A stretch of 64,000 bases of DNA from Nageia nagi (taxonomy: Eukaryota; Plantae; Pinophyta), in assembly GCA_050084985.1 (NCBI GenBank), contig JBITNC010000001.1, positions 146,816,001 to 146,880,000 on the forward strand, written 5' to 3'. The position numbers and the translations under genes were made by a program. Below the pieces are notes generated by a model. The model made no database searches and was not told the DNA's origin. It was given only the letters and a program-made list of their open reading frames with translations. Positions 1-13,560 of the stretch are shown here, one piece after another (position 1 is the stretch's first letter; every line of letters begins with the position of its first letter).

Positions 1-165
1 GTGTAAAGGAGAGCATATTTTGGTTGAGATATGAATTAAGTTTACCTCCATCATTCATAAGCCTTTCAATCAAACATTTTCCTCTTATGATTCAAAACCC
101 TATATCTCACCACAAACCCTACGTGTATACTTGAATTATTCATCCAACAAGATGGCAATAAACTA

Positions 166-177
166 GCTTTGATACCA
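166..177 (-). promoter_or_regulatory. Primer-binding site (tRNA-iMet type) of a minus-strand LTR retrotransposon that runs off the left edge
   Basis: Minus strand reads ...TTACA-A-TGGTATCAAAGC, one mismatch from the canonical TGGTATCAGAGC, directly after an LTR-like CA end at 179. Confidence 0.7.
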
Positions 178-178
178 T

Positions 179-1539
179 TGTAATAACCAAAATTAGTAAA
201 AAGCATGAATTATCTTTTAATTTCAAATTTTACCAAATGATTCCCTAGTTTATGAATTTCATCTTCAAAGCCAATTTCATCCTTGCATTGTCATGCCCAA
301 TTTTATTATGTCAACTCAAGAAAATTTCACTAATATACCATTAATAAATCAATATATTAGGACTAAAAAATGAATGTAATTGCTTCATAAAAACTAGAAT
401 TGAGTACTAATCATCTTTATATACCAAAATGAACAACTATGAAATATAAATGAGCAAGCATGGAGCCCTAAAAGAAGGGTGAACCCTCTTTAGGAACTAA
501 AATAAGTATGAGAAAGTACTCAAAGTATGCCTTTAGTCTCTTTAAGGTATTGCAATCCCAATGGCTCTAAATGGGATTTGAAAACCTTAACTAAAATATG
601 AAATACTAAAAGTTTAAAGTCTCCAAGAAGCTCTAATGCAAACCCTAGGTGGATTTGCTCACCAAGATGCTCCAATGCCACTCTTAGGGTTTTGGGCACA
701 TCCCTAGACCTTAGAAGGATGAGAAAGGCACAACCTTAACTCAAAATATCTAATATTGAACTTCTCCAATCACACCCTTAAATGGTATACTCTTTCACCA
801 TTTTATACATGGCTTTGCCTTTAAAATACAAAATAATTATGAACATTGCTGACTTTATCTTAGGAGAAAACATCATCATCATGATCGACTTTCTTTAGTG
901 CTCACCTTTGATCCAAAGGGGTTCATGTGAAAACTCATTTTATATATACTTAATGAAATCTATTCAATGGTGAAGTCTTTACATCATTTAAATATCATTT
1001 ACATAAACTAGGAGTACAAGTTACATATCATTACATCAAAGGGAATGTGAGAATGCCAAAAGTATCAAAATAAATCCTAAATACTCCTAAGTGCTATAAA
1101 ATCATAGTGAAGAGGAACTAAGTTCTAAAAAATCATAATGAAGAACAATGTCCCACTCTAATTTTTAATAATAAGTGAGATACCAAAATTAGTGACCTTT
1201 AAACTTTCATAAATCCATTCTTTATCAATAAATCATAAAAAAATTTCCAAATTTGCATTTTTATCATACATGAATTCAATCATATTACTCTTAATCTCCA
1301 TACTTTAGAAGGTTGTATACTATATAGCATCTTGGTTGATTTAATTTATGTTATTCCTTATTATACATCCTACTAACTACAAAAATACACTTAAAACATA
1401 ATTAGCATAATCATACAATAAGATTCATGCTCAACATATAACATCACTACTAGTTCCCACTCTTGAACAAATGGAGATACAAATATTCATCCTGGTTCAC
1501 CCAATGTGGGCTAATCTAGCATGGAATGGAGCTCTTACA
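179..1539 (-). mobile_element. Probable 5' LTR of that minus-strand element
   Basis: Termini TGTAA...TTACA (179 and 1535-1539) and an adjacent PBS. The distal boundary is inferred from the terminal motif only; no partner LTR is in the window. Confidence 0.45.
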
Positions 1540-1599
1540 TTTATTGACCAAAGAACATTACAAAAATAAAATATTATGGATAAAATATTATCTCATAAC

Positions 1600-2800
1600 A
1601 ACCTACATTATTAGTTGATATAGGAACATTTTGAACCAATGCATCTATATTCTTGATCTAACAATTGACTACTATGGAAGAGATTTTACCCCAAAGGTAG
1701 GAATGGTTCTCAAACCCCTATGGCCTTATTCTTAATAAATTGAATTAAATCTTCACTCTCAAGCCTCCATATAATGACCTAAGAATATAAGAATAGTCTT
1801 ACATGAGTTCCCACAAAAGTACCAGCCTCAACCACCAACCATTCTAACTCTGCAAGTATGGCATGGGTGCTCTAAAAACATAATAGTATGCAATCAATAT
1901 TGTGAATCCTGAATCATATCCTTATGAAACTTCATCAAATAAATCTTAACTATGTCAATACCTACATATGAAGATCTCTAATGATAAGCTTTAGTCTATG
2001 ATCTCTAACCTCCAATATAATTCTATTGTACAACCTCCAAGAAGCTCACATCATGAAGGTTGATCACTCATCCAATTTTTAGAGAATTCTCTTTCATAAT
2101 TAGATAATAATCACATTGTTAATATAACATAATGTTATGGCTTCCACTCATAACATTCTCACTCTTGATATGCTTGCCACATTCATACCAACCAATTCTA
2201 CCTCAAAAATACAAGAATAGTATAGAATGAACATGAAGCAACAAGCAACTTCATCCTACACTAAGAATCATACTTGCATACTGACCAACATGGCTATGGT
2301 GTTTCCACCTCCAAGTACATAGGAGAAACATTGGAAATACAAATGCAAATAAGATCTCAAGAAGTCCTATAATACCTTGGACTGATTCCCAATCATCAAC
2401 AATAAGCTACAATACTTATCTCTCCAAAATAATATCCATTATCCTATTTCTAAATAATAATGAATAATAAAAATACATGAAATAAGAATACATACCATAT
2501 CTCTCACTCATAGCAAGATCACACACAATGCAATTTATCATATTATTTATATTACATGATCTTCCTACCACATAGACAATGAAAACCCCACTACTAGATA
2601 ATGGTTAAAGAATGGAATGATCTTCCCAACCAATAATGGTTGTATTCTCCACTATCTAGCATCATACAATAGTGCATATAGGTACCAATGAGTTCTTTCC
2701 AATCCTCCAACATACTAGCACATACTATAACTCCTTGGGTTCATCTCAATAGTGCTCTATGGCTTGGTTATACAAGAATCTCTTCATAAGCAAATACAAC
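1600..2800 (-). pseudogene. Highly degenerate Ty3/gypsy protease/RT remnant, possibly the host sequence of element A
   Basis: Minus-strand traces only: MMLDSGE (~2645-2668, protease-like D-S-G) and a frameshifted D..SG.H.I-like RT motif (~1895-1920). Confidence 0.3.
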
Positions 2801-2842
2801 AATGAGAATAAATGATAGTACAAAAAATATTGATATACCTTA

Positions 2843-3983
2843 TGTAGACACTAAAAATTAACACATTTTGAATGACATGAGTTAAATATATTGATATCTT
2901 TTAATTCTTTAATTTTTCTAATTTCTAGTGTTCAAATATATTCTCAAAAGCTAAAGTATTGCAAAAGTAGATAAATTGATTTAAATTGAAATAAAGTACA
3001 AAAGTGGGTATCTAGCTATATTCACTTAAGTTTCTAAAGAAGGTATATAACTTAATGCAAAATTATAATTTCCTCTCTCTTGCTCATTATTCACTTGCAC
3101 ACCTATGATTCCATGCTCCTAATTTGCTCCAATATTGCTCAAAGGTTTTGAAGGCTAGGGTTTAAAGGATAATTCAAGGTTTTGAAACTACTGAAGGATT
3201 TTCTACTACTAAAACCTCGACATCTTCATGCCACACCTTTTGTGGTAATACTCTTGTAGTGAATTTCATGATATATTTTTTAGATTATTGTATCCTTAAC
3301 ATTTTTGTATGTTTAAATATATTTCCATCATTGAAAAGTTTGGGATGATGCATCTTTGTATCCTCCAATACATTTGTATGCATTTAATGTATTTACTAGG
3401 CTAGATTGATAATAATTTGCATTTCCACCATATAATCCTAAATTTCAATCCATACATACATTAGTCCATGGTTTAAACATATATTTACTCTTGTGGGTAT
3501 CCTTGGATCTCATAGATCCAAGGATCTTTAAAGATCTTTAACTTTCATAGGTTTTAAGCTTTCATAGGGTTTGAAGCACTAAATTTCATATTTTTTCAAT
3601 ACATGCAAATATCCACCTAGATTTATTAATTACACCATACAAATTATTCAAATATCATCTAAGCATACACATCTTACATCATAGGCATCCATTATTTCGT
3701 TGTCTTCATTAGTTGGATGCTAGGGGGCTCACATTGCTATTTAGAGTGAGGTAACTCACTCCAAGGTCATTTACATACCTTAAGGGGAATAAATTGAAGG
3801 TCCCCCTACCCACATTATATGCATTTAGGTATTTTTGATATTATATAAAAATATTGAAAGCTAATTTGGTGTTTTACATATACCTTTAACACAATATTTG
3901 CATCATTCAAATTGAGTAAAACACATATTATGTACATTTGATATGTGTGTGGATACTAACTAATTTATGTGTTTTAGTCCACA
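2843..3983 (+). repeat. 5' LTR of element A
   Basis: TG...CA termini; aligns by eye over its full length to 16496-17648, mostly with C/T and G/A differences. Confidence 0.92.
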
Positions 3984-4347
3984 TAGAGTAGGGATTTCAA
4001 TGCATATTAAATTTTGAACTTGACATAAATACCAATTTCTTTTTTGATTTGGTATTTCCTTCACTTTTATCAAGTTTTCCTTCATTTTTGGATTTTCTTA
4101 ATTTTTAGCTTTTACCCACATAAATGGAGTAAATTCATAAAGTTTCAAGAATTGATGGTTATGTTTTAGTAAAATTTGGATAGTACACTCATGTGAGAAG
4201 GGCAGGTCAAATTTGAGCTTTTGGAGGCTAAACTCATTCATTTTTGCCCAAGCATAGTCCAACTTGCACCTTGTAATAGGCATACTACGCCTCAAAATAG
4301 ATAAAAGCACTACAGATTGAGTTTCAAAGCCTATAATGACTAGTAGG

Positions 4348-4578
4348 CTAGGTGCACTATGACCTACAAATAGGTACCTAGGTGCACAATGCCCCAAAAA
4401 CTAGCCTCTAGGTGCATTACACTTAACCCCCGCATGCATTGTTCCCTAAAACTTGCAAATTTTGGCCTCCCAATAGCCTCCTAGGTGCATTGCACCCCGA
4501 TAACTAGCTCTCAAGTGCACTGCACCTCGTAAAACTATGAAAAATTAGAGTTTAAAAATTTCTAGGTGCAATGTGCCC
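4348..4578. repeat. Array of CTAGGTGCA-core quasi-palindromic motifs in the leader of element A
   Basis: Copies start at 4348, 4378, 4408, 4481, 4511 (variant) and 4562, with a recurring 30-bp spacing. Confidence 0.8.
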
Positions 4579-5756
4579 AAAAATAAAGAGCATGTTTTCT
4601 CAAGAAAATTCAAACCAAGCACAAGTTTGACTGTCTCCTAATAGTAAACTCAAGTTTTTAAATGTTTTAGTCATATTTTATATTAGGCTTGGGTTAAGTT
4701 TGGCATTTGTAAACATCTAGGGGGTTATGATCACACTTATGTTTAAAGTGTGGACAAATTTTTTGCTTTTTATTTTCAAATTTGCCTTGGTGATTGGCAT
4801 ATTTTGATAGATCTCTCATTTTGTGAGAGACTTGTAATTGAATTGGCATCATTCATGGAGTAGGAGGGAACATTAGTGATCATGTGAGTCTTTGAATTGC
4901 TTCAAGTAACTTTCCCATATTGTTTCATTGCTCTTTTCAACCTAGGATTATATTCCATTATATTTTATTTTGATGAAAAATTATATTCATCCTTGGGGGG
5001 TATTGGTGCACTCACACGAAAAGTACTTTGGGTTTAAAAAATTAACATATTAAGAAGGATTTTCATTATTATTGGGTTTCTTACATCAAACTCACCATTT
5101 CATTTCACTTTTAATTATAAAAATAAAAAGAAAAAAAAAAAGCATCATATTGGGTGGGATTGCTAAGCATCTTGAGGGAGTAGTGTACATATCATCATAG
5201 TGTTGCATCTCATATTTGCTTTTTTGCATTTAAGTACATCACATTCCTAGGGAGTTTCTAGGGCACATGGGCTTGATATCCATGGCCTAACCCTTACTTA
5301 GAGTTGAAAATCGAAGTGACATCCTCCCTTCTATTTGGGATAGCTTCCTATAGAGGGTACTTGAGACACCTTTTTAAATGTTCTAACCCCTAAAAGATTG
5401 TGCCTTTACCCTGATAAAAACTTATCTAGTATCATTTTCTAAGGAAACATAAATAAGGTTGTGTCAAAATTTACATTTGCACTAAAATAAATCCAAACTA
5501 ACAAGATAAGACTATAATTGAACCAAAAAAGCAATTAGAAAAATAATTGAAAAATTGCTATCTCTCATAACTACTATGTTCATATAGATTTTCATATCAT
5601 CATAAGTTGACTAATTAGATTGCATAAATACTAAAGAAATACTTAATTTTAAAGTATTGTAATATTTGTATTTGGTGTTTATTTCCATTTTTCTTTTAAA
5701 GTTTTACTTCAATTATGCACATCTTTATTTTTAAGTTTATCCTTGTAGTTTTCAAA

Positions 5757-8085
5757 ATGAATTTTGACCCTTCTATGGATCCAATATGGTATGAAGATCC
5801 CATTGTGTGGATGGTTGATACAAGGTATCAAACTCAAAGTGGAATGATCTTAATTTAATAAATAAGAGAATGCTAATAACATTGATAATTAATCCATTGG
5901 GTTCAAAAATGAGCTTCACACTTTTCAAAAGGTAATTCCAAATGATCCAATTAGAGAAATTGAATAAGTACATCACACCTTTGGAACAACAATTCAGCTT
6001 TCTCAAATGTTCCAGTTTGGTATAATCACTATGATTATGCCATGCTAGATATTAGGAAGCCTACAAAAGCTATCTATAAGTCTCTTGTATCATCAAAAAA
6101 TACTAATCAATATATAAACTCACATAATTGGTACCAAGTGAATTTGGATAGTTTTAGGAATAGTATCCTTGAACCACCTACCACATCTTATTCCCAAAAT
6201 CCACCAAATTCACCAAACATACAAAAGGTTGGCCAAGGTATGTTCCCTCCACTAGTTTGTAGGTTATCTACCATCCAAGAGCCCACATTTAAAGTAACAT
6301 ATCATCCAAAAGAAGCTCCCATTGTGCAAGATATGAAATTGGATATTGACTTGCAAAACTTTCAAAATATTATGCAAAGGAACAAGAATTAGTTAAAAGC
6401 AGGTTATCTTAAGAAAGCCAAAGTATGCCCCAACCATTTACAAAAGTTGCACAACAATATTTCCAAAATTTAATACCTACCTTTCAAAATGTTGTGCAAC
6501 ATAACACCTCCACCATTCCAAAAAGAAACAAGTACAGACCAACCAAGTTATTTCCAAAATATTGCTAATCAAAATCCACCTAATGTTCCATCAAATAACA
6601 TTTTAATACATAAATCCCAACCAACCAAAAGGTATGGAACATAAATCCCAATGTTAAAATACCCTAACCTACTTGCAATACTTTTGACCAACTTGAACTT
6701 GATGATTGGGATGACATTGGCCAACCCTTTGTATATTCCCAACCAAATAAATAAAATACACAATACCAAACTATAGTCAATTCTTTGCATGTTCCACCTC
6801 ATAACCCACTTACTTTCTAAAATGATTCACAAAACTACATACCAAACCAAAGTGGAGCACAAGCTAGCACACATTAAACCTAAGGTAATCCTCAAAGTTC
6901 CTCTACTCCATCTATGTAAGAAATACAAAAAATCATGGAGCAATTGCAATATCTCATGGGTCAAAGCCAAAATACCAATATACAAGAACAAAATTAGCCT
7001 CATGATATTCTAAAAGGTACATAACAAGTCCATGGATAAAATATGCAACAAAACCATACACAAAATACACAATATGGCTATGATCCTGATGCATAATATC
7101 AATCTCAAAATACACAATATGGCTATGATAAAAATGCATAAAATTAGTATCAAGGTCAACAACAAGGATATGATCCAAATGTACATCAAACTTATGGGAA
7201 AAATACATAAGGGAAACCTTTGGGGTGGAAATAAACATATTATAACCCAAATGGTCATGCATTTGAGAGGCAATTAAGTTTATTCAACAATCCATAATCA
7301 ATATACCAATTTTAATCTCATGAGGGACCAAGTGATAGACCAAATCAACCTTATGGTGAAACAAATCTACCCCATAGTTGACAAAATCCACCTTATCAAG
7401 GCCCAAATCAACCCAACATGAGCTATGAAAATAAAATCAAGAAAATATTGCAAGAGTTAGAGGCAAAATCCATAATCTAGGGTTGTCTAAAATAAGTTAT
7501 GGGGAGATTTGTAATGAGCTAATCAGTCCATGCATTCCTAGGAGATCATATCCAAAAAAATTTGAGGTATCAAAGATTGAAAAATTCAAAATCAAAGAGG
7601 ATCCAAAAGAACATTTGAGGTATTTTGAATATGATTGTTACCAAATTACCAATGATGATGCATTTTTATTGAGAACATTTCCAATAACTCTTGGACACCA
7701 AGAAATGAATTGGTATAATTCATTGTCAGAACATAGTTTGTACATATTTGAGAAACTACCAAATATATTTCTTGAACACTTTTCAATTAATATCAAGAAG
7801 AGAGCCTTAATTAAGTATCTCATGAAGCTATCTTAATTTTACCAAGAGTCTATATCTGATTATGTGGCTAGATGGAGATATTTGATCACGGATATGAACT
7901 TTTTGTTGCCTCAAGAAGAATTAGTGAGATTATTCAGTAAGATTTGCATTAGTAAAATCTCAAAAAATCTTCAAATTTAATACCATAGAACCTTTTAGGA
8001 AGCCATTTCTCAAGCCAAGGTCATAGAAGACCTACAATGGTTCAAAATCGAGAGATTAAGATGGTTAAGCAAGAAAATAATAATA
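5757..8085 (+). pseudogene. gag: Decayed gag of element A: long Q/N/P/Y-rich N-terminus plus retrotransposon capsid domain
   Basis: ATG at 5757 is in frame with ORF 6042-6392. ORF 7483-7836 reads KFEVSKIEKF..EDPKEHL...LLRTFPITL...NWYNSL...FLEHF (Retrotrans_gag-like). Many CAA/CAG->TAA/TAG stops. Confidence 0.85.
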
Positions 8086-11000
8086 GATGTTATTCCTTAT
8101 CCTAAATGGGTTTCTAATCTCATTATAGTTCCTAAACTAGATGGAAGGATAAGAATCTACATGGATTTCTAGGATGATAATAATGCTTGCCTTAAGGATG
8201 ACTTTTCATTGCCTAATATTGATACCTTAGTGGATAATTCTACTAGTCATGAGATGTTTTCATTGATGGATGACTTTTTCTACTATAACCAAATCATGTT
8301 CACAGAAGAGGACAAGGACAAAATAACCTTCACAACACCTTGGGAATATAATGCTATAGAGGTATGCAATTTGGACTCAAAAATACTAGAGAAACCTATC
8401 AAAGTGCTATGAACTACATCTTACATAACTATATGCAAGACATAGTCAAAGACTACGTGGATGATCTTATTGTAAAAACTAAAACATGTGAGTTGTATCT
8501 TGAGATGTTGTGTAATATCCTAGACCAATTGTTGGAGTATAATGTTAAATTGAATTCAAAAAAGTGTATATTTGGGTTTCTATTAGGAAAACTCTTGGGT
8601 TTCATTATATCTAAGTAGGTCATCAAAGTTGATCTTAATAAGGTCTAAGCAATAAAGCAAATACCTCCTCCTCAAAATTTGAAATGGCTGCAAAGTTTAC
8701 AAGGCAATATTTAGTCAATTAGAAGGTTTATAGCATAGTTATTAGATAAATATCAACCATTCAACAAATTCCTCAAGAATAATATTAAGTTTACACGGGA
8801 TCTAGTGTGTCAAGAGGCATTTGATGCAGTTAAGAAATATCTTATGCATCCTCTTATCTCTATTTCTCCTATATTGGGAGTGTCATTACATATATATATG
8901 TCTACTAGTAATTTTTCATTAGGCTTGATGTTGGCCTAATAGAATGGAGCAAAATGAGAGAAAGCTATCTATTACATGAGTCATACTCTACCATTTATAA
9001 GACTAGGTATGTCCATCTTGAGAAATTATGTCTAACAATTATCTTTGTGAATCAAATGCTTAAACATTATATGCTCCATAAGAAAATGTATGTTATCTAC
9101 AAGATGGATCCATTGAAATATATGATGAATAAGATAGTTCTTAATGATTGGATAGCTAAGTGGATAATATTTTTCACAAAGTTTTACCTAGAATTTATCA
9201 ATCAAAAATCCATCAAAGCTTAGGTTATTGCAGACTAGTTAGCAGAGGCTCCTTAGAAAAATGGCATTCCTTTGAATATCGAGTTTCCAGATAGTAACTT
9301 GTTCAATATCTTTGAGATTGAGGAGGTAAAACAAGAATACTATGATATGACTATGTACTTTGATGCTTCACATTGTGAATAAGGGGGAGGGGTCAGGTTA
9401 GTATTCATAACTTCTCAAGGTGTTCCTATACCTATTTCATTCAAATTATCCTTCAAGTGCATAAATAATAATGTAGAATATGAAGCACTCATCCTTCATC
9501 TAAAATTAGAAATCTAGATAAAATATGAGCATCTCAAGATGTATGGTGATTCATTGCTAATTATCAATCAGATTAAATAAATCTAGTCCTGCAACCAGCC
9601 TCACCTTAAGAAGCATAAGGCCATGGTTGAGAAACTACTAGAATATTTCAAGGCATATGATATTGAGGCTACCCCTATATCCTCTAATTGGTTTAAGAAT
9701 ACAATGGCTTCTTTGAGATATCTAATTCTACAAAACCCATTCCACAAAGTTACACATGTAGAGGTGATCACCATGTACAAGTCCTCTCTAGAATTTCCCT
9801 TGTATCAAGAGGAGTCCCCACCATAAGTCCATGTAAATGAGTTGAATGTAGCATCCAAAGATTTGTGGTACCATTAGTATAAGGATTATCTTAAGTGGGG
9901 ACTTCACCAACCACCATGACTATAGGTCAGAAGCATTAATTTAAACAAAAAGTAATAAAGTATACCATTCTAGGAGATGTGGTATATAAGATAGGATATG
10001 ATGGAGTTCTTCTTTATTATGTATAATGGCCATACCAATAGATAGCAATGCACACATATCATGATGGAACCTACATGGGAACTTTAGTGGGTTTGCTATT
10101 ACCAAATGATTAATTCAAATTGGGTATTATTGTCCCATAATGGAGAGAGATTGCCATGATTATGTCAAAAAATATGTAAAGTATTAGCAGCATGCAAATT
10201 TGACAAACACCCTCTTGAGCATTACAACCAATTCAAGCTATGTGACCATTCTCTAATGGGGTTTTGACTTAATTGGACAATTCAATCCACCCTCATCTGG
10301 AGGACATAAATTTATCATTACCACAACTATGTATTTCACAAAGTGGATATAGTAAGCCTCCATGGTATCCACTAAGTATCCTAATATTATGGAGTTTATA
10401 GAGCATAACATCATCAATAGGTTTGGCATCCGTGCAAGGATCATTTTGAATAATGGTCCAAATTTCAATAATAAGGATATACAAATCTTTTGCTATAGAT
10501 AAAAGATCAAACATAGCTTTTATATGCCTTACTATCCATAGGGTAATGGGAAAGAGGAAGAAACAAACAATACAATCATTGCCATCATTAAGAAAATAGT
10601 TAGTATATCTCACAAGGAGTGGCACAATCAGATACCACTTGCATTATGGGCTTACAAAACTAGTATCAAAACTTCTACAAATGTAATGGCATCCTCATTA
10701 GTTTATGAGGTTGAAGTGACTATACCATTAGAACTTAAGATTCCTTCTTTGCACATACAATTGTAATATTTACTATTAGAGCTTGAGGCATGATAAGCTC
10801 ACCTAGATCAACTAGTTTTATTAGACAAGAGTTGCATTAATGCATTAGAACACTTCAAAGTCTACCATAACCATATAAATAAAGTGTATAGAAAAAGGGT
10901 TAAGCCACATGAATTTCATATTGGTGATGTGATCTCCAAACAAAATTAGTAAAACTACCATCAAGAGCAAGTTCTACGAGATAAGTTTTCTCCTAATTGG

Positions 11001-11120
11001 CTCATTCCGTATATTATCAAGCATAAATTTGGATCAGGGGCATATTATTTGGCTACATAGAAAGGGGTCTAAGAAGTTGAAATAATCAATATCATACACC
11101 TTTGATCCTTCCACATATAG
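8086..11120 (+). pseudogene. pol: Decayed pol of element A: RT, RNase H, aRH, integrase
   Basis: PYPKWVSNLIIVPK.DGRIRIYMDF, DDFSLPNID, TFTTPW, YVDDL (RT); YVHLEKLCL..KHYM..DPLKY (RH); integrase zinc-finger remnants, WGFDLIG-like, NGPNF, PYYP.GNG..E, LALWAYKT; ends INIIHL..FHI*. Confidence 0.92.
9341..9720 (+). pseudogene. Additional archaeal-type RNase H (aRH) domain, diagnostic of Tat-superclade elements
   Basis: YDMTMYFDAS...GVRLVFITSQG...FKCINNNVEYEALIL...YGDSLLIINQI...NWFKNTMASL, located between RH and INT. Confidence 0.85.
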
Positions 11121-11949
11121 GAAGAGGTATGGTCATTTCTTGTGTGTTGGCCTTATTTTTTTATTTCTTCCTACATCCTTGATTCCTAAAAATATTAAAA
11201 AAACACATGTCGTAATCACCATGTAATTCCATCACCATCCTATTATCACCATTTTGTTGGTCATCATTATATTGTAAAGTATCAATTTTATTTTCTCTTG
11301 TTTATGTATTTTATACGGACATCTGAAAAGGATTTCTATGCAGGCTATATTAAGTAGCTACGAGGGTATCTATTCAATCATCAATTTATTTTCTTTCATC
11401 AAGCATGATCTTGATATTTAGGGATTGATACTTGGATGATCTCTTGCTTTTAGTATTTCATCCTCTTTTTGGGAATATTATAACACTTAATCACTCATAT
11501 CCTACTATAATTTGGCATGCTTTTCATATCTTAATGTGTTTTCATTGATTTGATTGTATTTTTTTTAAATATTTGTCAAGTTCTTGGAATCGTTAAACAA
11601 CATATCCATCCTATTCTAGTTGGGGCTAGAGCACATCTTACATATTCAAATGGAATTTGATTCTATGTCTATTCTCTTTGATTACTATGACCACTCATTG
11701 TGTTTCATGGTTGCAAATTATTCATGGTCTCATCGCATTTCACCATGGGTCGGGACTATTGAATGGCATTTTATTATATTATTTCATAAAATATAAGGAG
11801 AAAGGGTTCATTCAGCACATTAAAATGAAAGTGATGAAGTTGTACCCATGTATGTGTACCCCTATCATGTGTATGGTAGGTGGCATGCGATGAAGTTATT
11901 GCATGCAAACTCCTAGATACGCTATGCGACCTTATCTTTTTATGTGAAC

Positions 11950-13560
11950 TCCTTAGGATGTTTGGAAGGGTGATTAGTCTCCTTATAAACTTTTACTTGT
12001 ATGCCATCACTTTCCTACTTAGGTTCTCCACCTATTGACTTAGGATTCTAATAAGCTAAGTTAAGTCCTACTCCCTTTGTTAGACCTTAGCATCTCTTAG
12101 TTGGCCCTCTTGCACTCTTTTATAGATCTCAGCCTCTCATTGCTCACTCATCTCTAGACATTGGTAGAGATCCTACTCCTATTGCTCTATATATTATATC
12201 CTCTAATATAGCTCAACCTCTAATAGTTAACTCTCCTACTCACATTACCAACTCTGCTATAAACTATGCTAGCACTTTGCAAGTTAACATTCTAGCTTCA
12301 CTATCCTCTAAACATATGTTATCATCAATATAACTAGAAAGGTAACCATTACTGGGGGACCTCCATTAGCTCTTTATCCTCTCATTGATATGACCTCCAT
12401 ATGCACCTCACCTATACTTAAAGGGCATCACCCTCATCCTCCACCTCCTCCTAGGCTACCTCTAGATGTTAAGATCGCCACCATGCATTATAGGCTATAG
12501 TCATGCCTACATAATCTTGTGCTCCTATGACCTCTACCTTGTCTTCATTTTTTTCCTCCACATAGCTCTCATGGTACTATGAATGTGATCTCCCATCCCT
12601 ACCATTAACCTTGCTATAAACATGCAGCTTAGAAGGTATATCTAGAACCTATCCAAACTATCAAGTTACCCTGTAGCACTCAAAATAATCATCCTCCCTC
12701 AAATGGTTCCTTATACATCTTGCACATCTGATACATGTAATATGTACCCTATCATCTACTTAATTCAATCCATCTCTATACAATCACTAGATAATGTCAC
12801 CTAGTATCAGTTGTTTGATGATCTCCTTGAAGTGTGCAACTTGACCTCATCTTATTCACCCACTCCTCAACTCATGATGATGCCCCCAATGTATCATGTA
12901 GGGCATCTTGACGCTTAGATCCTTAAAACTTAATGTTTCCTCTACATGAATATCGAATGGTGGACCTATAGGTCACACCACTACTATGTGCTCCCATCCC
13001 CACACTGGCAAGAGTAGTAAGCATCTCATCCTTGTTCGTGTCCCCTAAGCCATCCCCTCGAGCTCATAGGATAATTGAGTTAAAAATGATATATCCCATG
13101 CAAAACTATCATTCCCTCTCATCCCTTGTGTAGTACCTAGCATAGCTTCCAAGGAAACTTGCACCCAAAAGTGTCTGGCAAAATAAAACTTATGATCAAA
13201 ACCATCATGAAGCATGTCACAAGGTCTATGAACCCATATCAGTATGCATGCTCATAGTTAAATCCGCCTAATCCCCATTGCAGATGATGATGGTTATGGC
13301 ACACTATCTGAATCATTATTATCTCTCATCCAACCTCATCTAGTAATTCGATCACAAGGGCTCCCTCAATTAATATCCTCATGATCTTCTAGACTAATTG
13401 TACACTCTCTCAGCAGCAAGTGGAATGTGTTGGTGGTCAAATCCCACCTATCACATAAATTTTTCATGTACCATGTGTTGGCCATGATCTTGGGGATCAT
13501 ACTCGTATAGCCTAAACCCACATTATGAAGCCACATCCACCATGTATAGCCACATCCACC
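11950..13560 (-). pseudogene. Antisense extra ORF encoding a Plant Mobile Domain (PMD, MAIN/MAIL-type), with an acidic C-terminal tail
   Basis: Hand translation of the minus strand: GLGYTSMIPKIMANTWYMKNLCDRWDLTTNTFHLLLRECTISLED (~13520-13384); SFAWD..FL.QL.YEL...LLLLPVWGWEHI (~13110-12980); YRVT**FG*V.DIP (~12680-12635). These match the PMD motifs ERW.....TFH...GE.TITLED, YSWG..LA.LY..L, LLQ.W.WE and RV.RQFG..Q.IP. The C-terminal boundary is approximate. Confidence 0.85.

Noticed and set aside
6954-7277. Short ORFs 6954-7262(-), 7010-7273(-) and 7032-7277(+) as real proteins
   Set aside because: They are shadow frames of the Q/Y/G-rich gag repeat; the plausible frame is the one broken by CAA>TAA stops.
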